This document shows positions 56,743 through 64,000 of a stretch of 64,000 nucleotides of DNA, in pieces. How positions within the stretch are numbered: the stretch's first letter is position 1; each line of letters starts with the position of its first letter. A program made the translations under genes and the position numbers. The notes under the pieces are model-generated. The model was not told where the DNA came from, ran no database searches, and saw only the letters and a program-made list of their open reading frames with translations. The stretch is from Planctomycetota bacterium (GTDB lineage: Bacteria > Planctomycetota > SZUA-567 > H5-PLA8): positions 160,001 to 224,000 of the forward strand of contig JBBRPR010000005.1 in NCBI GenBank assembly GCA_038227875.1, given 5' to 3'.

Positions 56743-57796
56743 CATCTCCGCTCCGCGCGCCGACGTCACGGAATGTCCGTCGTGCCAGTCAGAACTGAGC
56801 GCGGGGGATTTGAGCTGCCCGCACTGTCACCAGTTGCTTCATGCCGACACCTTGAAGCAGCTTGCCGCGGAGGCCGACAGCTTTACACAGGCCGGAGATC
56901 TCAGCCAGGCGCTGGTACGCTGGCGTAGCGCGCTGGAACTCCTTCCGCCCGAGTCGCGGCAGTACGCGGTCATCACCGACAAGATCGATGCGCTCAGCAT
57001 GCAGCTCCAGAAATCCGGCACCATCACCAGCACGCCGCCGGCCGACGGCAAACCCGCGCCCGCAAAATCCAAGCTCGGTCCACTCGGAGCACTCGGCGCG
57101 GCAGTGGTTTTCCTGCTCTCCAAAGCCAAATTTCTGTTGCTGGGCCTTTCCAAGGCCACCACGTTTCTGTCAATGTTGATGGCCTTTGGCGTGTACTGGC
57201 AGTTGTGGGGCTGGATGTTCGCGGCGGGCTTCGTGCTCTCGATCTACGTCCACGAAATGGGCCATGTCGCGGCGCTGCGAAAATTCGGCATCGCCGCGTC
57301 GGCGCCGATGTTCATTCCCGGATTCGGCGCGCTGGTGCGGCTGAAACAATATCCAGCCAATCCCGGCGAAGACGCGTACGTCGGCCTGGCCGGCCCCGTC
57401 TGGGGACTTGGCGCTGCCTGCATCACCGGCCTGCTTTTTCTGTGGACCAACAACCCGCTCTTCGCCGCGGTGACGCACACCGGCGCGTTTCTCAACCTGT
57501 TAAATCTGACGCCACTGGGTCCGCTTGATGGCGGCCGCGGTTTCCGCGCGCTCTCCAAAGGCGAACGCTACGCCGCCACGATCGCGGTGTTCCTGGCCTG
57601 GTATCTGTCGGGCGCCGGCATCCTGATTCTGGTTCTGGTCATGGCCGGCGTGAGTACCTTTTCGCTCACCGCAAAGCCACCGGAGAAGGGCAGTCTTCCG
57701 GTGCTCGTGAAGTACATCATCCTGATTGCGGCCCTCGCGGCACTGCACTACTGGTCTGCGGAAGTGACAACGCCAAGACCGGCGACGACACCATAA
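56735..57796 (+). CDS. Site-2 protease (M50) with N-terminal zinc ribbon and TPR-like segment
   Basis: CPSC..CPHC, VHEMGH, GLAGP, NLTPLGPLDGG. Confidence 0.88.
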   Translation: MDDISAPRADVTECPSCQSELSAGDLSCPHCHQLLHADTLKQLAAEADSFTQAGDLSQALVRWRSALELLPPESRQYAVITDKIDALSMQLQKSGTITSTPPADGKPAPAKSKLGPLGALGAAVVFLLSKAKFLLLGLSKATTFLSMLMAFGVYWQLWGWMFAAGFVLSIYVHEMGHVAALRKFGIAASAPMFIPGFGALVRLKQYPANPGEDAYVGLAGPVWGLGAACITGLLFLWTNNPLFAAVTHTGAFLNLLNLTPLGPLDGGRGFRALSKGERYAATIAVFLAWYLSGAGILILVLVMAGVSTFSLTAKPPEKGSLPVLVKYIILIAALAALHYWSAEVTTPRPATTP

Positions 57797-57824
57797 AGAT
57801 ATAGTGGGGTTGTCGTCAGTTTCG

Positions 57825-57858
57825 CCCTACCCCTGTGCAAATTTGCACAGGGGTAGGG
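57825..57858. repeat. Perfect 34-bp palindrome with no spacer
   Basis: ccctacccctgtgcaaa|tttgcacaggggtaggg. Confidence 0.9.
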
Positions 57859-57945
57859 AGTGTTGCTTTTTTTCCACTGGCTACAGCGCACGTCGTGAGG
57901 TAACTCTACCTGTCACTACACGCCTCGGAGAGCTCACGACCCAAC

Positions 57946-59016
57946 ATGTCCTCGGAATTGCGCAAAGATCCGCTCTCGCAGCGGTGGGTGATCATCGCCG
58001 CGGAGCGCGCCAAGCGGCTCAGCGACTTTGACCTCGAGGCCGTCTCCGAAGCGCCCCAGTTCGATCCGTTCGTGACCGGAAACGAGGACAAAACCCCGCC
58101 GGAAATCTCCGCCTACCGCAGACCGGGCACGCCGCCCAACACGCCGGGCTGGCGCGTGCGCGTGATGCCAAACAAGTTTCCGGTGCTCGGCATCGAAGGC
58201 AGTCTCAACAGCCGCGGCGACGGCATTTACGACAAGATGCAGGGCATCGGCGCGCATGAAGTCATCGTCGACACGCCGCGTTCGGTGCGCAGCATCAGCG
58301 CGCTCAACGACGAGAGCGTGCAGGACATGATCTGGATGTACCGCGACCGCCTGATCGACCTGCGCAAGGACCGGCGCCTGAAGTACGGCATGATTTTCAA
58401 GAACGTCGGCGCGGCGGCCGGCGCGACGGTTTATCACTCGCACAGCCAGCTGATCGTGACGCCGATCGTGACGCAAACGGTCGTGCAGAAGCTCGAGTCC
58501 TGCGCGGAGTTCTTCAATTACCGCGGTCGCTGCCTGGTCTGCGACATGGTCGCGCAGGAATTGGAGCAGGCCAGGCGCATCGTGCTGGATTCCGAATACT
58601 TCGTCGCCTTCGAACCGTATGCGCCGCGCACGCCGTTTGAGACGTGGATCGTGCCGAAATTTCACGAGTCGCATTTTGAGGACATCAAGCAACCCAGCTG
58701 CGAGGACCTGGCCTTCGTGCTGCGCCGCACCGTCGCGCTGCTGGAGAAGGGTCTCGGCGAGATCGCCTACAATTACATGGTCTTCACGGCGCCCTTCGAC
58801 AGCGGGCCGCTGGCACATTTTAACTGGCATATTGAGATCATTCCGCGCATGACTAAGCAGGCGGGATTCGAATGGGGCACGGGTTTTTACATCAACCCGG
58901 TGCCGCCGGAGGACGCCGCGGAATTTTTGCGCGGTTTGAAGCTGACTGAGACGCCGGGCGGAACGTTCGGCGGCAAACAACAGGCAGCGGATTTCGCAGG
59001 ACCGGACGGGATCTGA
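57946..59016 (+). CDS. galT: GalT-like (HIT superfamily) hexose-1-phosphate nucleotidyltransferase
   Basis: ELRKDPL..WVIIA.ERAKR, VRVMPNKFP, GAHEVIV, FKNVGAAAGA..HSHSQ, WHIEIIPR..AGFEWG..INPVPPE. Confidence 0.85.
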   Translation: MSSELRKDPLSQRWVIIAAERAKRLSDFDLEAVSEAPQFDPFVTGNEDKTPPEISAYRRPGTPPNTPGWRVRVMPNKFPVLGIEGSLNSRGDGIYDKMQGIGAHEVIVDTPRSVRSISALNDESVQDMIWMYRDRLIDLRKDRRLKYGMIFKNVGAAAGATVYHSHSQLIVTPIVTQTVVQKLESCAEFFNYRGRCLVCDMVAQELEQARRIVLDSEYFVAFEPYAPRTPFETWIVPKFHESHFEDIKQPSCEDLAFVLRRTVALLEKGLGEIAYNYMVFTAPFDSGPLAHFNWHIEIIPRMTKQAGFEWGTGFYINPVPPEDAAEFLRGLKLTETPGGTFGGKQQAADFAGPDGI

Positions 59017-59049
59017 AGGCCCGTTCCATCTCCGGCTCGCGGGTAAGCA

Positions 59050-60549
59050 ATGAATATCATTTACGTCTCTTCCGAAGTCGTGCCGTTTTCCAAAACCGGT
59101 GGCCTGGCCGATGTCGGCGGGGCGCTGCCCAACGAGATCGCCGCGCTGGGGCATACCGTCTCGGTCTTTACACCCTACTACCGCGGCGTGAAGAAACTCG
59201 AGCCGCGCGCGAAAATCGTCGCGGAAGGCGTGGTGCCCGTCGGCGGCGAACAGATTCCCTGGACGCTGCATGTGTCGTCGAAGGCGACGGGACCGGCGAA
59301 GGTCTACTTCATCGGCTGCGATCAGTACTTCGACCGCGAGTTCCTCTACGGCACGCCGCGCGGCGATTACGAAGACAGCTGCAGTCGCTTCGTCTTTTTC
59401 AGCCGCGCCAGCATCGCGGCGGCGGAGCACCTCAAGAAGCCCGTCGACGTCTGGCACTGCCACGACTGGCAGACGGCACTGATCCCCGTGTACTTGAAGC
59501 ATCAGCACCAGGACAATCCCTTTCACCAGGGCACGGCGACGGTCTTTACCGTTCACAATCTCGCCTACCAGGGCTTGTTCTGGCACTGGGACTATCCGCT
59601 GCTCAACCTCGCGTGGCAGCACTTCAATTGGCGCGAGCTGGAATTTCACGGCAAGATGAATTTGATGAAAGGCGCGCTGGTCGACGCCGATCTGCTCACC
59701 ACCGTCTCGCCGACGTACGCGCAGGAAATCCAGACGGCGCAGTTCGGCTGCGGATTGGAAGGCGTGCTGCGAGACCGCTCGAGCGAACTGATCGGCATCG
59801 TCAACGGCATCGATACGATCGCCTGGAATCCCAGCCACGACGTGCTGCTGCCGGCCGAATACAGCGCCTCGAACATGCAGGGCAAGGCGACCTGCAAGGA
59901 AGTGCTGCGCCGCAAATTTAATCTCCCCGAGGATTCGTCGGCGGTGGTCGGCATGATCGGGCGGTTGTTCGAGCAGAAGGGCTTCGACCTGGTCGCGCAG
60001 AGCATCGAAGAACTGCTGCGTCGCGACATTCAGCTGATCATCCTCGGCACCGGCCGCGAGGAATACCAGAAGCTGCTGCAGCGCATGCAGCAATCCAACC
60101 CCAAGAAAATCGCGATTGCGTTCGCGTTCGACAACGGCCTGGCGCACACGATCGAAGCCGGCTGCGACATTTTCCTGATGCCCAGCCGCTACGAACCCTG
60201 CGGCATGAACCAGCTCTATTCGCTCGCGTACGGCACGCCGCCGCTGGTGCGGCGCACCGGCGGACTGGCCGACACCGTCACCGACACCACGCCCGAGACG
60301 CTGGCGGCGGGCACGGCCACGGGCTTCATGTTCAACGAATTCACCGCCGCGGCGATGCTGGAGAGCCTCGACCGCGCGCTGAAGATCTTCTTCACCGATC
60401 AGCCCACCTGGCGGAAGATCCAGCTCACCGGCATGCGCGAGGACTGGTCGTGGAATTCCAGCGCGCGCAAGTACGCGCACGTCTTCGAGCTGGCGATACA
60501 AAAAGCGAAATCTCGCGTTGCTCCGGCGGCGGTATCCGGGAAAAAGTAG
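59050..60549 (+). CDS. glgA: Glycogen synthase (GT5)
   Basis: PFSKTGGLADV, HCHDWQT, TVHNLAYQG, TTVSPTYA, GIVNGID, MPSRYEPCG, TGGLADTV. Confidence 0.95.
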   Translation: MNIIYVSSEVVPFSKTGGLADVGGALPNEIAALGHTVSVFTPYYRGVKKLEPRAKIVAEGVVPVGGEQIPWTLHVSSKATGPAKVYFIGCDQYFDREFLYGTPRGDYEDSCSRFVFFSRASIAAAEHLKKPVDVWHCHDWQTALIPVYLKHQHQDNPFHQGTATVFTVHNLAYQGLFWHWDYPLLNLAWQHFNWRELEFHGKMNLMKGALVDADLLTTVSPTYAQEIQTAQFGCGLEGVLRDRSSELIGIVNGIDTIAWNPSHDVLLPAEYSASNMQGKATCKEVLRRKFNLPEDSSAVVGMIGRLFEQKGFDLVAQSIEELLRRDIQLIILGTGREEYQKLLQRMQQSNPKKIAIAFAFDNGLAHTIEAGCDIFLMPSRYEPCGMNQLYSLAYGTPPLVRRTGGLADTVTDTTPETLAAGTATGFMFNEFTAAAMLESLDRALKIFFTDQPTWRKIQLTGMREDWSWNSSARKYAHVFELAIQKAKSRVAPAAVSGKK

Positions 60550-60584
60550 GGGCGCACTCCATCCATCCATGAGGAACCCGAGTT

Positions 60585-62753
60585 ATGCCTGGCCGTATCC
60601 GCTTCGTCTGCCTGCTGCACTCGCACCAACCCGTCGGTAATTTCGATCACGTCATTGAAGAAGCCTACAAACTCAGCTACCTGCCCTACATCGAAGTCTT
60701 CGAACAGTTCCCCGAAATCCCGCTCACCAATCATTACTCCGGCTGCCTGCTGGAATGGCTGGAATCGCATCATCCCGAATATTTCGAGCGGCTGGCGAAG
60801 CACACGAAGAAGCCCGAGGACGCGCCGCACCGCGCGTGGGAAATGATCGGCGGCGGATTTTACGAACCGATCATGACCATGCTGCCCGAACGCGACCGCA
60901 TCGGGCAGATCACGCGCATGGCCAATTACATCGAGAAGCATTTTGGCGTGCGCCCGCGCGGGCTGTGGCTCCCCGAACGCGTCTGGGAACCGGCGCTGGT
61001 CAAGGACCTCGCCGATGCCGGCGTCGATTACCTGACGCTCGACGATTCGCATTTCAAAGCCGCGGGCCTTGAGGACAGCGACCTCGTCGGCGGCTTCGTG
61101 ACGGAAGACGAAGGCCGCATCGTCCGCGCGTACCCGGCCTCCGAGCGCCTGCGCTACCTGGTGCCGTATGCGACGGTGCCGGAGACCATCGATTACCTGC
61201 GCTCGATCATTCCCGCCGACGGCGAACGCGTGGTCTGCTACGCCGACGACGGCGAGAAATTCGGCGTCTGGCCGCGCACCTTCGAGCACGTTTACACCAA
61301 CGGCTGGCTGCGCGGTTTCCTCACCGGACTCCGCGACGCGCAGAACGAAGGCTGGCTGGTCTGCTCGACGCTGGCCGACGCGTATGATGAAGTCGCGCCG
61401 GTGGGCAAAGTGTTTCTGCCCGAGAACAGCTACCGCGAGATGACCGAGTGGGCGCTGCCGGCCAAACGGCTCGCGACGTATGATCATGCCATGCACGAGA
61501 TCAAGGCCGATCCGGTGTTGAGCGTCGATCCGCGCGTCGTCAATGTGCTCGGCCTGGTCAAGGGCGGCAACTGGCGCAGCTTCAAAGTCAAATATCCGGA
61601 AGGCAACCGGATGTACGCGAAGATGATGGAAGTGAGCGCCAAAGTCGAGCAGCTCTCTCCGCGCGCGAAGCTCGCCGAAAAAGCACGCACGCATCTCTAC
61701 CGCGGGCAGTGCAACTGCCCGTACTGGCACGGCGTGTTTGGCGGGATGTACCTGCCGCATCTCCGTAGCGCCGTCTACAGCGAGCTGATTAAGGCCGACA
61801 AGGTCGCCGACGAACTGCTGGATAATTCCTCGCTTAATCTGATTGAAGAGGATTTCGATTTTGACGGCGAAATCGAAGTGAAACTGGTCAACTCGCACCT
61901 CGCGCTCTACCTGCACCCGTACCGCGGCGGGCATCTCTACGAATTCGATCTGCGCGACATCGACTTCAACGCCGGCGACACGTTCTCGCGCCGCTTCGAG
62001 GCCTATCATGAGAAGGTCGCGCGCGCGGTCGTCGGCTCGATGGACACGACGGCGAGCATCCACGACATGGTGATCGCCAAGGAAGCTGGTCTTGCGGATC
62101 TCTTGAAGTACGACACGTATTTGCGCGAGAGTCTCGTCGATCATTTCAGCGCGGTGCAACTGACGCCGCAGGATTTCTTTTCTGGCAATCCACCCAGCGA
62201 TCCGGGATTCCGGCAAGGCGAGTACCATAGTATAGATTTAATCGGCCGCGGACTTAAGAAACGCGGCATGGTGGCGTATCTGGAACGTGAAGGCCCGGCG
62301 CTGGGTTCAACGCTGAAAGTCTTCAAGCAAATTACGCTCGGCCTCAAGGCGGCATACGAAGCCGAGTACACCGTCACCAACACCGGCAGCGCCGACGCCG
62401 ATGGCTACTTCGCCGTCGAGATGAATTACAGCCTGCTGGCCGGCGACGCGTTCGATCGCTACTATTATTACGAAGGCAAGGACAACGCCGGCAAGCTCGC
62501 CACGATCGAGGACTTCGGCACGCAGTCGTGGATCGGGCTGAAGGACCACTGGCTCAACGTCGCGCTGGAACTGAAAACCACGGAGGCCGCGCAGGTGCTG
62601 GCCAGTCCCGTGCGCACCGTCTCGCAGTCGGAATCCGGCTTCGAAGCCGTCTACCAGAGTTCCGCGGTCGCATTGCAGTGGCCGTTGAAACTGAGCCCGG
62701 GCAAGTCGTTCACCGTGAAACTGCAGCAGGAGGCGCTCCGTGTCCGAGACTGA
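60585..62753 (+). CDS. GH57 alpha-amylase / 4-alpha-glucanotransferase
   Basis: HSHQPVGN, GGFYEPI, WLPERVW (nucleophile), DDGEKFGVWP (acid/base), QCNCPYWHGVFGGMYLPHLR, VSQSESGFE..YQ. Confidence 0.92.
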   Translation: MPGRIRFVCLLHSHQPVGNFDHVIEEAYKLSYLPYIEVFEQFPEIPLTNHYSGCLLEWLESHHPEYFERLAKHTKKPEDAPHRAWEMIGGGFYEPIMTMLPERDRIGQITRMANYIEKHFGVRPRGLWLPERVWEPALVKDLADAGVDYLTLDDSHFKAAGLEDSDLVGGFVTEDEGRIVRAYPASERLRYLVPYATVPETIDYLRSIIPADGERVVCYADDGEKFGVWPRTFEHVYTNGWLRGFLTGLRDAQNEGWLVCSTLADAYDEVAPVGKVFLPENSYREMTEWALPAKRLATYDHAMHEIKADPVLSVDPRVVNVLGLVKGGNWRSFKVKYPEGNRMYAKMMEVSAKVEQLSPRAKLAEKARTHLYRGQCNCPYWHGVFGGMYLPHLRSAVYSELIKADKVADELLDNSSLNLIEEDFDFDGEIEVKLVNSHLALYLHPYRGGHLYEFDLRDIDFNAGDTFSRRFEAYHEKVARAVVGSMDTTASIHDMVIAKEAGLADLLKYDTYLRESLVDHFSAVQLTPQDFFSGNPPSDPGFRQGEYHSIDLIGRGLKKRGMVAYLEREGPALGSTLKVFKQITLGLKAAYEAEYTVTNTGSADADGYFAVEMNYSLLAGDAFDRYYYYEGKDNAGKLATIEDFGTQSWIGLKDHWLNVALELKTTEAAQVLASPVRTVSQSESGFEAVYQSSAVALQWPLKLSPGKSFTVKLQQEALRVRD

Positions 62754-64000
62754 AGATCCGGTGCCGCGCATCCTCGTCGTCGAAGACGATGAGGTCCTGG
62801 CCAAGGAAGAGATGGCGCTGCTGACGGCCGGCGGATTTCAAATCCACCGCGTGGTCAGCTGCAAGGAAGCGCTGGAACTGGTCGCGCGCGAATCGTTCGA
62901 CCTCGTGCTGCTGAATCTCGATCAGGGCGGCGAGCCCAACGGGCTGGACATGTGCCGCCAGATCAAGGGCAACCCGTCGCTGGCGTGGATGCCGGTGATG
63001 TTCGCGACGCGCACGGTCAGCAAGGAAAGCGTCGACAAGATTCTTGGCGTCGGCGCGGACGAATTCGTCGGCAAGCCGTTCAATCCGGAAGAACTGCTCG
63101 TCCGCACGAAAGTGCTCGCACGCAAGGGCCGCGAAGAACGCTGGCTGGTCGAGCGCGCCCGCAAGCTCGCCGAGAAGATCGCCGAGCGCGACGACGAACT
63201 CGACGACCTGCGCCGCTTCGCGCAGGACATCGTCAGCTCGCTCTCCTCGGCGCTGCTGGTGCTCGACGCGGAAGAGACGATCCTCTTCGCCAACGCGCCG
63301 TTTCTCGGCGCGCTCCACGCCGACCGGCGCAGCGTCGTCGGCCGGAAACTGGCCGAGTTCGTCAACGATCTTCCCGATCCGCACAACGGCTTGAAGCGGC
63401 TGAGCCAGGCGATCCAGCACACCATCTCCACCGGACAAAGTTCCCGCCTGATGCGCTTCCGCGGGCTGCTCAAGTCGAGTCCCGAACGCATGTCGGACGT
63501 CACCGTCACCGCCATCGACTACGGTGGCGCGCGCCACGTGCTGGTCGTCGGCGAAGACGTGACCGAAGAGGCGATGGCCGAGATCGAAGTCGCCAAGGAA
63601 CGCGCCAAGCTCCACGACGTGGTCAACGCCATGAACGCGGCGCTCTGTCTGATCGACCGCGACTGCAAGATTCTCTGGCAGAACCGCACGTTCGGGCTCT
63701 GGTTCGGCGATTCGTTCGGGCAGCCGGGCCTGCAGTCGTTCATCACCAAGATGCGCAGCGATCCGGCGTGGATCGACCAGGTTTTCCAGCGCGGCCAGGT
63801 GCTGCAAATGGCGTGGTCGGTCTTCACGCCGCACGGACAGCGCCGCCATTTTTCGAACATCATCGCGCGCATCAAGGCGCCGTCGGAAGCCGACGCCAGC
63901 CAGGCACTGGTGCTGACGCAGGACGTCACCGATCAGGAAACGCGCGTCGAACAGCTCTCGCTGCTGCGCGAACTCTCGCAGTTCCTGCAGGGCACACTCG
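62740..64000 (+). CDS. Signalling protein: receiver-like domain + PAS + PAS (probably more domains); runs off the window end
   Basis: Not in the ORF track. GTG 62740 after GGAGG overlaps the GH57 stop: RILVVEDD..FDLVLLNLD..GADEFVGKPF; PAS LLVLD..ILFAN..EDVTE; LCLIDRDCKILWQN..QDVTD. Confidence 0.85.
   Translation, partial: MSETEDPVPRILVVEDDEVLAKEEMALLTAGGFQIHRVVSCKEALELVARESFDLVLLNLDQGGEPNGLDMCRQIKGNPSLAWMPVMFATRTVSKESVDKILGVGADEFVGKPFNPEELLVRTKVLARKGREERWLVERARKLAEKIAERDDELDDLRRFAQDIVSSLSSALLVLDAEETILFANAPFLGALHADRRSVVGRKLAEFVNDLPDPHNGLKRLSQAIQHTISTGQSSRLMRFRGLLKSSPERMSDVTVTAIDYGGARHVLVVGEDVTEEAMAEIEVAKERAKLHDVVNAMNAALCLIDRDCKILWQNRTFGLWFGDSFGQPGLQSFITKMRSDPAWIDQVFQRGQVLQMAWSVFTPHGQRRHFSNIIARIKAPSEADASQALVLTQDVTDQETRVEQLSLLRELSQFLQGTL

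Noticed and set aside
57934..62228. 878-aa and 609-aa minus-strand ORFs
   Set aside because: Antisense to galT/glgA/GH57, with no recognisable motifs.
62710..63849. 379-aa minus-strand ORF
   Set aside because: Shadow of the plus-strand REC-PAS gene that runs off the window.

Overview
GC-rich bacterial chromosomal window. It is most likely from Planctomycetota or a related PVC lineage; this is inferred from an ECF sigma factor fused to a TM helix and beta-propeller, zinc-ribbon/LamG and PKD proteins, waaA, and heptamer-repeat spacers. About 50 CDS are supportable: glnD, waaA, nrfH-nrfA (CxxCH-type first heme), a galT-like/glgA/GH57/REC-PAS glycogen operon, an ArsR-SRPBCC-SRPBCC-VOC operon, a DUF4139/4140 pair followed by a frameshifted membrane protein and an M50 protease, secreted hydrolases, and several AT-richer orphan genes. 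I found no rRNA, tRNA, CRISPR array, transposase or integrase. The most unusual signals are non-coding or sub-genic. (1) A ~140-nt ORF-less unit with a near-consensus sigma70 promoter, a C-rich loop and an intrinsic terminator (candidate sRNA, 27385-27526, minus). (2) Two copies of a ~140-bp element built from three inverted-repeat pairs. (3) At least three spacers with inverted heptamer-array arms. (4) A decayed copy of the SGNH gene 3' end that, with the intact gene, brackets nrfHA. (5) Active-site variants: an E-H-S subtilase, an Asn pseudo-receiver, and a duplicated GH-like module lacking its acid/base Glu. All family calls come from motif recognition by eye, not database searches, and several start codons are best guesses.
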